This document shows, piece by piece, positions 14,545-26,817 of a stretch of DNA of 64,000 bases. The first letter of the stretch is position 1. Every line of letters starts with the position of its first letter. A program made the translations under genes and the position numbers. The DNA comes from Lingula anatina (taxonomy: Eukaryota > Animalia > Brachiopoda): NCBI GenBank assembly GCA_051362555.1, contig CM120641.1, forward strand, positions 44,584,401-44,648,400, in the 5' to 3' direction. The notes beneath the pieces are model-generated. The model did no database searches. It was given only the letters and a program-made list of their open reading frames with translations, and had not been told where the DNA came from.

Positions 14545-15925
14545 AACACGTGAGAAATCACGGCGACATCGGATCCCTTACTATGTGTAGTAGATCGCAA
14601 TTGTTTTTGATTCAGGACTGTTTCCGATCGCAAACAAAAACTGATGGTATCACTAGATCTTGTATATAAGGTTGCATCGCTTCTAGGGTTACTGCGTCAT
14701 CAGGGCTTCAAGTTAAAATAGATCTTTAGATAGTAGAAATACTGTAAATGAAATCGAGGGTTTAAAAAATAAAAGAAAAATAGGAATTTTACTGGTAAAG
14801 TATTTAAAAATAGGAATTATTTTATAACAAAGGTTTCCTCTCAATATCCTAAAGCTATCTCTGTCCAGAATATGTCATATTACAAAATTAAATACATGTC
14901 CATGATTAACACGTACAAACACTGTATCTCAGTTTATTACAAACCTATGCCATCAACCAGGGCCAAAGATTGATATTTCACAAGATATTCACAGATATGT
15001 CTTTAGATAAATAGACGATCATTTTGTTCTCTGTCTGGAAATGTGGAAAATGTTCCAATGATATCTGCCACCCTGGTAGTGGGTAATAACAAACTTATAA
15101 CTTTGCATTATAAGCATATACTACAGCTTTATTTTCTAGTAATAAGGTAAAATACTCAGTACAGTAGTAAATAACCAAAACAAAGACACTGTTAAGCCGA
15201 GCTTCTTGTTAAACCGCCATGGTGGAAATGCTGGGTGGGGGCTAAATTTTTTCAGTCGAATAAAAGATGAAATGAAAATGGTACATTTAAACGTAACAGA
15301 ATCGGTACTCTAGAAAAAAGGGTTATATTTTTTTTAATATAGGGGTAATGTCCATATATTATATACTGAGACACGCACAAGATGTTTTTAAAAGTATCTA
15401 AAAAGGTAAGCAGTCACTTATACAGCCAGTATTACTCAAACTACAGCGCAAATAAGGTCGAAGAAATAACAACACTGCTTCCGAAAATATATTGCAGGCA
15501 TATCAATAAGTCAAAAAGAACTAATAAAAATATGCTTTTAGGGCAGATTTTTTTAAAACAATTGTCAACAAAACAAGAATATCTGTCCATTATATAAAAT
15601 TATTGATGTAAATGTACACAAAGGTAATGCAAATACTAATTTCAGAATGTTAATACATCAATTGTATTATTTTATTATATTGTGTAAGTTCATGACAACC
15701 CATGTACCAGTGCAGAAATAAATTGAACTGAAATTAATATAATTTAAATTGTCTCTGACTTGGATTTCAATACAGCATAGGCTGGTCTTAATTTAAATCC
15801 TCCTGAATTTTAATGTGGCCTGCGACAAGATCCATTAAACAAAAGAAAGATATATAATTGGATTGAAATAAAAGAAGACAAAAAGGCAATATCCACACAT
15901 ACACTCACTCTCACATTCACACACA

Positions 15926-15969
<44 letters not shown>

Positions 15970-16067
15970 AAACTAAAGAAAATATTTGCGTTAATTGATG
16001 ACTAGGATGATCACCATAAGCTGACATGAGAGAAAAAGGCATCAAATTGTGATTATTTGCCCCTCAA

Positions 16068-16261
16068 AGGGGCGGATCTAGGATTATTTTAAGAAAGATC
16101 CGTGGATGCGAAGGCGACCCCCCCCTCCCCCCCCCCCCCCCCCTAATTCGGAGAGGGGAAAATCAGTGTGAACTTTTTCAAAAACCGAAGCGGGGCTCAG
16201 GTCAGGAGGGGGCGGTCAGGACCCCCCCCCCCCCCTTACACCCTCTGTAAATCCGCCACTG
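16068..16261. mobile_element. hAT-like non-autonomous element at the inner end of the right arm
   Basis: AGGGGCGGATCTAGGATTATTT...AATCCGCCACTG, reverse complement of 3194-3463 with an internal deletion. Confidence 0.6.
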
Positions 16262-16812
16262 TAATAATATAATAATAAGAATTGAATACAACTTTGAATT
16301 CATTCAATTTTATCTTTGGACACTTCAGTATGTGAAATGCACCTCTATATTGGGTTTGGGTGTCTAGCATTTCCATATTTGTACTCGACCTGCACATGTT
16401 GACCTACTTTTCCTTATCAGGAAGTTGACCTCTACAAACAAATGCCAGTCAGGTCGGGTCGGTCATTCGCTGACGCTACTTCATATATTGCACCGTTTGA
16501 TTACTTTACCAAATATAGACAATGAAACAGGGCTGATGAAATAATTAGTCAAAAAATAATGTAGTTATTGAATAAATGCACAGACACAGCATTACATGAC
16601 TATAAAAGGGTGCTGAATATTCTACTTATTTTGAAAGCTGATCGATACATTTTCACTGCTCGCTGTGGCGGGTTACACAGCAGTTATTTATAGCAAGTGC
16701 TTCACAAGTGAAAATAGTGAGTAAACATCTTGGTGTAATTCTGGGTAAGCTATTCAAACACTTTAAATCCTGGGTAGTTTGATGACATAAAATCAATCAT
16801 GCAGTCTCTATA

Positions 16813-16995
16813 CCAAATATGGATAATGAAAACGCAGTAGTCCCAAACACGGCATTTGATAACCGATTTGGTTACCAAAAAAGGTGCCGAATTATTATTG
16901 ATACACGCTGGTTGATTCATACAGGGGTATTTTTGAGCTTACCTGTGACAAATTTCCTCTTCAACAAGACTTGTATTTGTGAAAGCGTATAAATA
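16813..16995 (+). promoter_or_regulatory. Cofilin B promoter: two CArG boxes and TATA box
   Basis: CCAAATATGG 16813-16822, CCAAAAAAGG 16875-16884, TATAAATA 16988-16995; ATG at 17103. Confidence 0.6.
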
Positions 16996-17102
16996 GCCCT
17001 GAAATACATCGCTAATAGTTATATTGGACCGAAAAGCGAATAGAGAGAGGGAAAACGTTCAGTAAATTAAACTACGTCTGCAAGTTTATAGCAATTGTCA
17101 AA

Positions 17103-18796
17103 ATGGTAAGGTATTAACTTTTCATGTTAAGTTAAAGTCATGTAAAGTTAGCGTTCATTGTTTTAAAACATACTTATGCGGCAATAGCTCTTGTTTTGTG
17201 TTAATGAACAAATCTTTCCAAGGCTTCAGGGAGCGGTTATTGGGCTTCTTATCAAGGTTTTTATTAGTTTGTGGACTGTTAGATTCTTCAACCATGCCTT
17301 GAATTTTTCAGTCTTCTGGAGTTCAAGTACTAGAGGAATGCCTGACAGCCTACAATGACATCAAAATGAATAAGAAATATGCCTATGTCATCTTTAAAAT
17401 CGTAGACCATAATGGCAAGGCCCTCTCCGCGATAGGTGTAGATCGTACTAGCTGCAGTTCTGGCCAACAAGATCAGGAAGAACAAGGTTTGTTGAAACTA
17501 CTAAGTAGCTTTTAAAATATTACAAATAAGTACCCCTTTACTGTTTTTAAAGTATATGTATTGGGAAAGATAAGCACTGGCATGGGTAACATAGCGTGGG
17601 CATTTAAACGTGTATACAGCGTACATGGGCGGATGCAGGAATTGAAGGGGGATCCGCGGATGCGAAGCCGACCCTCCCCCCTCCCCTTTGACGTGGGGTT
17701 CAGGACCCGAAAAGTTTTTGGTATTTTAGAGGGCGAACGGTGCCATTTGGTATGGTTTAGAACTATGATTCAGCTAGTCAATATCTAATTTCAAGAGGGG
17801 GCCACTGGTGTTATTTTTTTAGAAATCAAAGAGGGGGTCAGGATCCCCCTGACACCCCCCTAAATACGCCGCTGAGTGTAGTGCATCTTGTACAGTGTAT
17901 GTACTCGTAGTCTCTGACAATGATAAAACTTGAATATTCAATTCTGAACATATTCTTAGTAATTTTAATTAAAACAATAAAAACATTTTCATAACTTTAT
18001 TGTTCATTGGATTCCCAATTTCATATGTTTAAATTGTATTGCAGATAAGGCCTATCAAGAATTCCTTGATTACCTAAGAGATACAGAAGAAAAAAGAGAG
18101 TGCTGTTACGCTCTCTTTGACTATGGGTACACACAGGAAAATTCAACGTGGAAGAGCTCTATTATTTTTTTCAGCTGGTGAGTAATTATACCATAATACA
18201 TTTACTAGAAAAATAAATCTTAATGAACTGCACTTTATCTGTGCTTCTTCTGCTAAAAAGATATATACCCCATGTAATACGTAGTCAATTTTTTTATTTA
18301 CATCATGTATTCTAGTCATTTTTCAAATTAATAGCTCAATTGGATAAGTGTCATTGTTTGCTTGTTAAAATAAATTATAATAATTAATTTTTATTTATCC
18401 TGTTGTTGTTAAATCTCATCCTGCATCACTGTTCTCCTACAATGAGCTATGCAGTTCTCTGACTGTACTAGTTGAATGATAAATTATATCTCAATAATTT
18501 TGAAGTTTTCATATTTATAAATTTTCATATTTATATTTATGTGTTTATGGTGTACTGAACCTTTGTAAACTTCCTTTTGGGTATTGGGGAAGATTATGTT
18601 ACTCAAGTCCATTGTTTTATTTCGTAGGAGTCCTGAGAATGCTATAATTAAACAGAAGATGTTGTATGCAGCCAGCGTCAAAGATTTCCTTGCAAAGTTG
18701 CAAGGGATTGACAAGAGCATTCAAGCCAACTCATTGGATGATGTGGCCGAATCTACAGTAAAAGCCAAGTGTTTGAAGTCATCACGTGCTACCTAA
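17103..18796 (+). CDS. ADF/cofilin family, copy B (159 aa; exons 17103-17105, 17312-17486, 18045-18177, 18628-18796)
   Basis: Same exon sizes (3/175/133/169) and splice sites as copy A. Only one amino-acid difference seen (ANSLDD vs ANSMDD). Confidence 0.93.
17624..17874. mobile_element. Counterpart of the 1492-1738 hAT-like element in cofilin B intron 2
   Basis: Reverse complement of 1492-1738, flanked by AGCGTA/AGTGTA. Confidence 0.65.
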
Positions 18797-18974
18797 AGGC
18801 AGACTGATATGAAGACAACCTTTTGGAAGAAAGAAGAACAAATATCGGTTTTATAATGAAACGAAGGATAATGATTTTTACACGTACCAGGAAAGATTAA
18901 AATCAGTAGAGACCATGTGCAGTTTTTTTCTTTATTTGCCTTATTAATTTTAATTGAAATATCATTTTTATTAA

Positions 18975-19945
18975 GGCCACCCTTTTTTATTTTTATGGAT
19001 GACATCCTCTGGGTACCCCGAAATCGGTGCGAGAGGGCGAAAAAAAAAAAAAACAGTCCAAAAAAAAAAAAAACTGCTTAAGTAAAGGAATGCTGTCAGT
19101 ACACAGCTGGAAACACAAATTTAACCACAGAAACACGTATCAAACTAACAATATGTCTTTATCCATGCTCTCAAAATATTAAAGCATTGTGAATACTTCG
19201 TAGAAATGTAAAAAAAAAGTCATGAATTGATATACTTCATATTACCAAATCTATTTAAGGTTATTTCATGCATTCATTTGGTAAAGCAATCAATAAAACA
19301 AATATCAATCAAACAGTGCGTCTTTATTTGTATTCTCAGAATATTAAAACATTTTGAACACTTCACAGAAATGTTTAAAAAATGATGCAAAGATATGCTT
19401 AATACTACCAAATCTATTAAAGGTCATTTCAGACGATGCCATTTTGTCAACTTCAACTCACACGAAGCAGCTTAACTGTCAGGTGGCCTGTCCGTCCTTC
19501 AGCCTACCAAATACCTCGACGCCCTTGTCGACCCTTTTTTCGCTACAGAAAACCTGGTATTAATGTGCTGCTTTATACAGAATGTCATAGAAATGTTTCG
19601 GCCGCCTCCAGCCTTTCGCACAATTGTAAAAAGGTGATATCTCCATGCCCAATATCAATGGCATACCAATCCAAAACGATGGCGCCCGTTCTCTTGATGA
19701 CTTTTATTGTTGTGTAATTTGAAAGTAATCCTAGAGATGAATTTGACAGCAAAGTAGCCGCATTTCCACGTGGCGAAAATACGCATGCGCAGAAAGCTCA
19801 TTTCCTTGCAAATTCAATAACAACGTTTGCGACAACCGACTTCGTTGGGGCTGGGGGGGGGCTTTTTTTTTTTTTTTTTTTTGGAGAACGGGCGAAAATC
19901 CGTGCGCGCGCAGGATGTCATCCATAAAATTAAAAAAGTGTGGCC
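18975..19945. mobile_element. 971-bp non-autonomous PIF/Harbinger-like DNA transposon
   Basis: ~34-bp TIRs (GGCCACCCTTTTTTATTTTTATGGATGACATCCT / AGGATGTCATCCATAAAATTAAAAAAGTGTGGCC). TAA TSD at 18972-18974 and 19946-19948. Empty site with a single TAA in the other arm (~172-190). Confidence 0.88.
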
Positions 19946-20569
19946 TAACTGAAAATTACAGTTGGATGCCTTGACCTGCCTTAAAATAAAGTGGTGTTAC
20001 CAATTTCTTAATCTTGAACAAATATGACTATGTCTAAGGGACATCATAATTTGTCTGGTAAAAAAAAATAAGTATTTTTTATTTTTGATAATAAAAGATG
20101 GCTTTTTATTAAGTAAGAGGTCTCTAGCTTTTATGGTTCCAGAATTCCGAGAGTTTTCATTTTTTAGCATCCAGTGGCTGCTTCTCCCTTGAAAATGCAC
20201 CTTTTCACCCAAAACTCGGGATAATGACAGGTGACCCCTGAATTCTCACCATAACATCAAAGCAAATCGGAGCAAAGAAATATTTTTTTCACAGAAATTT
20301 TTTTTTTTACAAAATTTTTGCCTATTTGACTTTGAAATATAGGCCAAAGAGCAAATCTGAGGTCATACAATGTATATGAAATCTCCACATGTGACTATTG
20401 GTCAGACTTTTATGGTTACTTTTCCCATAATTCTTCGGTTTGGAAGATATTTATATGGTAGGCGGTCGCGGTCGCTGTCGGCAATCGCTGTCGACCCAAT
20501 GTAAAATGTATATAATTTCATTACATTGATCCTACAACAGAAAACAAGTACACGACAGCTTACTCTTAT

Positions 20570-21800
20570 TTAGTATTAAGGAGGGGCAGATAGTTTAAAT
20601 ATATTTGGTTGAATTAATTATAAATATAAGACCGTTGACCGTTGGCTGTTGACGAAGTACTTAACAGTCCCTCACGTAAAATGTATATTATTTCATTACT
20701 ACTGCCCATTTTGAAAAAAAAAGTACACGTTGACCTTTGGCTGTTGACGAAGTACTTAACCGAGTCCTTGCCTGTTCTGTGAACCGTATCCGAGCAAACA
20801 TATCAATAAAACAAATGATCAAAGTTCACAAAATCTACACGCCACGATCTAATCATCTAGTGCTTATGTGTGTACTTTTAAGTTTGCAACCGCTCAGGAG
20901 CAAATTTTTATTCTGCACGAACTTGTATACAAGCATTATTCAAGCTCTAGTTCTCAACTTAGCAAAGTTTCGTATATTTCTACTTGTATATTACTGTGTA
21001 AATTTTGCTGGCAGTGTACATCATAGAGTGTATCATACTAGTTGAATTATTGACATTGTTAATGAGCTGGTATGGGTTATCTGAAAAAATGTATTTCATT
21101 TTTCCCATTTTCTTGTGGTTTTCTGACCATGAAAGTGTAACCAGTTATACTTCCATGTTTTGACCGACATTCAATATAGCATAACATGCAGTATACATTG
21201 TATTATGCCAAAATTCCATCTCTAGTGGTGTTGTGAGAAGGACGCACGCTATTATTAGAAACACTAATATTTTAAAAAGTCACTTGTTGATAAGGGTAGC
21301 ATTACTGCATACTTAAGAGATGTTTTCCGTTATAACAAGCTGTCGCAACAGACTGTCTCCAACTTGAAGATTAAATATTAAATCTCAGCAGATTTAGCTA
21401 GGATTGTACTCAAGAAACTGAAGGAACAAATTGGTGTGCGTTCGAGCGTGTGGTACTAGTAAATTATGCTACCGAACATCCAAGCATGCTTAACAAGTTG
21501 TCACAGCAAAAGTCACCTACAAAATTCGGGTTTATTTGATTCAAGGACCTTTCTTGGTTCCGGTGCAACGGTCTCAGATCATTGTTGGGTTTAAAATGGT
21601 CATCTTAATGGCTTATTGCTAATAAATTCCAATCCCAATCTTAGCAAATTGTGATAATTTTAATTAAAATCTATAATAGCAAGGCTGGAATTATTATAAC
21701 AGAATACTTTTTAGGCCAGGCATTTCCGCCTCAACCGTCTTTGTTTCACTTTGATTAAGCAGTACTTCTTGTTTGTCTATATCCACTTTAAGTTTCCCTC
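20570..21800. repeat. Non-coding upstream block of the VWA-lectin family; inverted copy at ~59640-60660, partial copy at ~53200-53913
   Basis: For example GAGTCCTTGCCTGTTCTGTG..CCG..TCCGAGCAA (20762-) is the reverse complement of ~60546-60581, and CAACCGCTCAGGAGCAA of ~60447-60463. Confidence 0.85.
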
Positions 21801-22769
21801 AAAACATTCTTTATTTTAAAAGACTCAGAAAATAGTCTGAACATAATCACGGAACGTTCGAACGAATACCGGGCAGTTAAATCTATCTTCATGCCGTAGC
21901 CAAGATTTGAACATATATGAGAATTGATTCTGGAATAATTTCTCTTTATAAAGAAGGGAAAGAGATACTTAGTCATCGGCTGCTCTAGAGTTTACAAAGA
22001 AAAGAGGTGCGATATAGAAGTTTGTGGGAGACGAAAACAAGTGCACATGCATATATGGAAAATTGAAATATTGACATTAAAGTCAAAATTGACAAAAAAA
22101 AAATTAACAAAAATAGTAACAAAAATAATCCAATCAGAAATAAAAAGAGAAATAAAAAAGCCAAAACTCACTTAAACATGTAAATGAGCTGAATATGGGA
22201 TAAATTGAAATATTTAATAAAAAGCATTACTTCAACAAGTGTTCTGAGTTTCGAAATTGATCTGTATTTTAGTCCTGGGACGGTAAGCTTTAGAACAATA
22301 CTTGGTTTAGTTTTTCGTTTATTACTTTTCAAAAGTGTGCAAAGACATCTACGGTGGCCACAAAATGATGACGGTAGTATGTTCATAGTCTGTCCACTAG
22401 AAGATGCGGCAATCGATCGCACAAATCGATTTGTGGGACAAAAATGTCTAGGATTTTTTTAAAAATTGTACGGCTGCATCATTGAATTCCTATAGCTGAA
22501 AGTACGCATTCGTAACACACGTTCTCTCAAGCTGTTGCCGACATCATACTAAATTTCGAACTAATTCTGAGACTAATTACTATTTGGCATGCCGTGAACA
22601 CAGTCGCTTTTCCTGTTTTACTTTAAATATATGTATGGACGTACGTTCACATAATTTTGAACATGCAATAACAATCATGTACAAACTGTATTTTTGAAGA
22701 AATTAAAAAAGAAGATCAGTCTTTTGAAATCAGAAAATATTTAATTACACCTGGTTTTCTTCGAAAGCG

Positions 22770-22770
<1 letters not shown>

Positions 22771-22824
<54 letters not shown>
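22771..22824. repeat. (ATT)n microsatellite
   Basis: About 18 ATT units, just before the start of the 22846-31185 duplication unit. Confidence 0.95.
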
Positions 22825-22827
<3 letters not shown>

Positions 22828-23344
22828 CATGTCTGTGATATGATTAGAACTACAGCTAGTATGCAGTGAAAATTGGGTAGAAATTGTGTATATTCTCAAA
22901 CCTATTATGTAAAAGATTTTGAAATAATATTGAACTTAGATAAAAAGAAAAGCGTATGGCTATATCTTTTAAGATGACGAAAAGTCTCAGTCACAGTTGA
23001 GATTCAAATTAAGGCATTCTGGGAGATAAGATTACATTGGGAATTTCGTTTGGGTTAATATAGATCTACAGACTTAACAGTTACTGTGGAATATTTTTTT
23101 CATATAATTTTCTTTCGATTTTTTCCCCAATTTTTCTCACGGATAAATGGAAACAAAGGTTTTTCATGTTTCAATAACTTTTACTAACCTCATCAGTGTC
23201 ATCGTGGTATTGGTTCTACAATTAAAGGCATCAATGAATAACCAAATATACATGTTGTATTCTAAGTCATAAAACAACAATTAACAGCGATATTTGATTT
23301 TCCATATTTTCAAATTTTCAACTGTTAAAGAGTCCCCCCCCCCC

Positions 23345-23379
<35 letters not shown>

Positions 23380-23682
23380 ATATTAGTGTCTAGTGTTAGC
23401 AACAGTCAATGGGGTGCCTGGTCCCCTCTTGCTGCTTTGAGTTGTAAGAGAAATTCGCATACAACTCGTAGCTTTGACAGTGTGAAAGAGAACTTCATGA
23501 ATAAAGTATGTACATTTGACTCATTCTACATTCATTAAAATGTCGGAATCAGCTGCTTGGCGAAGCAAATTTGTTTTATAATCTGGGCTCTCTTTAAATT
23601 TTGAATTAACTATATACCTAGTGTCATTATACCACTGCGCGTTAACTGAATGGGCGTTTGTCATTCTCTTCCATAGATGTTA

Positions 23683-23734
23683 TTGGTTATTATGGCTTTA
23701 CCTCATCAACTGAGGGGAGAGAAACTGTATAAAT
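23683..23734 (+). promoter_or_regulatory. Core promoter of VWA-lectin copy 1 (inverted CCAAT, TATA)
   Basis: ATTGG at ~23683 and TATAAAT at 23728-23734, 43 nt before the ATG. TATAAAT is kept at the same spacing in all four copies. Confidence 0.55.
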
Positions 23735-23770
23735 GGAGAGAACGCGGGATGAATAGCACACATCAGAACG

Positions 23771-23955
23771 ATGAAGATCCACTGTCTTGTTTCATACGCG
23801 TTGGTTTGTGGCGTCATTTCGGTGGCTCTCGGAGCATCATCGTTTGCGGGGGAATTAAGGCATTTGTCCAGACGACAGGAATCCTTCGGTGAGTTTTTTT
23901 CTCATTTTCTAGTGGTTGTATCCACTACAATTTTCTTTTTAAACGCTCTTATTTT

Positions 23956-24010
<55 letters not shown>

Positions 24011-25074
24011 GAGAGAGAGAGAGAGAGAGTTATAACCCCGAGACAACAATATACTTACCAAAATAGTTCGGAAACGTTATTTTTAATAAAATAACCATCC
24101 AGTTAAGATCTTTATGTTAGGCATAGAGTATGTAAGTCACAGTTATAATAAATTCATAAGTTGCTCAGCATCAGTGTCATATGAAGCCTTCACTTTTTGT
24201 TGTCAAGACTTGCTCAAACTTTGTCACTCCACTTGCATAATTTATGAATATGAGATTCGATCCACATTCTTAAATGTCGCCGTAACTCCCATAGACTTTT
24301 TTCTCTGTAAAAATGTTAATAAGAAACGAATGGTGGGTGCATTATCCGTCAATATTTGGTTTAAATATTTACCTTAGCTCATATGGTTATTTTATAATAA
24401 TTCAAAATAACGATGCTTCCAAACTTTTTTGGTCGAGTGTATAACTGTTTTGTAGTTTATCTATGTACTTTTGCCACATTTTAAATCAAAGTCGCACTGC
24501 GAATTATTCATACGGAACCATGCAGCAACCCAACGCATTTAACTTTCTTATTTCAGAATGCATACCGCCCCCGCGGGTAGAAATCGCTTTCTGTTTAGAC
24601 GCCTCCAAGAGCATCGATTTTGATGAATTCAAGGCCATACTTGGTTTTCTCAAGGAATTCATCACAGCATATAAGATAGGACCAGACGCGACACAGGTTG
24701 CCTTGGCAACGTTTAGCTACGAAACAAGAATCATTTTTGATCTAAATGATAACTCCGGTGAGTATTTTGATAATGCTGTTGCGGTAGAAATGACATAAAA
24801 AAGCTTGACCACAATTTAAATTGTGGATTTAAAAGAGCACACCTTTGTTTAAAATGTGAGAATAAAAACATTACTTTGATGGCATATATCACAAAGCTTC
24901 TGATATTGAAAGGTAACCCAGCAAACACATAAAGTTATTATAACGTTAGCATAACGTTAGCATAACCCCCAAAAACGTTACGGTAACTTTATAATAACGC
25001 TCTGTGTTTGCTACCTAGAATAAGCTATTAGTAAGAACTGGACACATCTTTAGTATACTTCATATATTTTGTAA

Positions 25075-25117
<43 letters not shown>

Positions 25118-26768
25118 GGTTCTGCTATTTATTTGCGCATTAATAGGTAGGTTTCTTTCTGTGGAAAAGTACTGCATGTCATACATGCATTAATTACACA
25201 GGGGCCTGTAGATAATAATAATAATGATAATAATAATAAAACACTTCTTTAAAACCGCGCTACACATGCGTCTCAGCGCTGTTTACATAAAAATAAAAAC
25301 TCCACAGATAAATTAAAGCTCGGAGTTTTATATTTAAGACCTATTACATCATGCTTACGAGTTAATACCAAATATCTACCAATTATAGATGTTCTTTGAT
25401 TTCTTGGGAAATTTAAGCACCAGCACGAAAAGGGTTTAAATAATCATAATGATTTCAAAATGTTTAAAAGAAAATATTATACTACATGAAATGTATTGAA
25501 AACATCATTCTTCTAATTTAACGGGGAAGCGTCATAGATTAATAAATGGATCCTGAAAAGGACTTCTTAGGAATTCATTCATCAAAATTACCGAAAATTA
25601 GATGTTTTATTTTTTGCCATTCTTCCGTAGACTTGGATGGTATTATTGGTGATATCGACGAGTTGGCCTCAAAAAAGGCAAAGGAAGTTCAAGGAGGTAG
25701 GACGAACACGTCTGGCTGTTTGTACAAGTTGAAAGACGAGGTATTAACGGAACAGAACGGTATGCGCGCTGGCGTGGAGAAGATAGCAATCGTTGTTACT
25801 GACGGGCGGCCAAACGAAGACAAAGAGTTGACAGTACCGTATGCCAACAACATTAAAAACGATGGTACCATAATTTTCGCCATTGGGGTTGGAAAAAGAT
25901 TGAAACCGTAGGTTATTTTGTCATATTTTGATAAATTCGAATGAGGGAGCTGGTTATTTCGTTTACGATTTCCATTTCCAATATGAACTGCAATTTTTAT
26001 CCTCTTGCGCACTGAACAAAAAGAAAAAAAAGATTTTACGTCTCTCTCTCTCTCTCTTTCTCTCTCTGTGTGTGTGTGTGTGTGTGAGTGAGTGTGTTTC
26101 ACGAATATGAAGAGTGAGCAGTATAAACTTTAACTTATTATTTTCTTCAATCATTTTCACGCGTTCCAGGGACTTCTTGAATCAAATAGCGTCTGAACCT
26201 GTAGAAGACCACGTTATCATGGTGAAAAATGCAGGCCACTTGATGAACTTAAAAACCGCCATTGCCAGGAAAATATGCAGAGAAGGTATGTGTTTTTGAA
26301 CCTAAAACGTTAATTCTGACAACCTCCCTGCATTGCAGTTTTTTTTACATTCATCGATGGATTAATATTTTTATTTGACTCGATTTTGATGTACAGATTT
26401 TAGAAGTGAAAAAGATGCGATTCAGAAAAAAATTGGAAGCGTAATTCATACAAATCCGTGCCTATCGAAATTTATTTTATTTTTTTTATTTGTTAACCAG
26501 TTGAAGTCGAGTGTGAGCCAGACCCGCTGGCAGTAGAGCAGCATCAGAGAATGGACGACGCTGACGCCAGCCTTGATGCGATCAGAACACTTCTTAGCGA
26601 TCTACGGGACAGCTGCATCGGTAAGTAGGAAACAGTTCGTCGTTAAAAATTTGGTAATCTGTTTCACTTTTTCCAAACGCAAAACAACATGTAGGCTTAA
26701 AATACTGAACTTACTAGTAATGGAATTCAATTTGAGCTGATGTCTTCTGTCAATAATAGTAAATACCA

Positions 26769-26817
<49 letters not shown>

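Larger units (their letters stand above)
16066..20133. repeat. Right arm of the inverted duplication (partner 1-3463)
   Basis: Reverse complement of 1-3463 plus a 971-bp insertion and several deletions. Confidence 0.95.

Noticed and set aside
23677-23892. ORF MLLVIMALPHQ..., repeated at 36186 and partly at 50994 and 58930
   Set aside because: Alternative frame over the promoter and exon 1 of the lectin gene; it recurs only because of the duplication.
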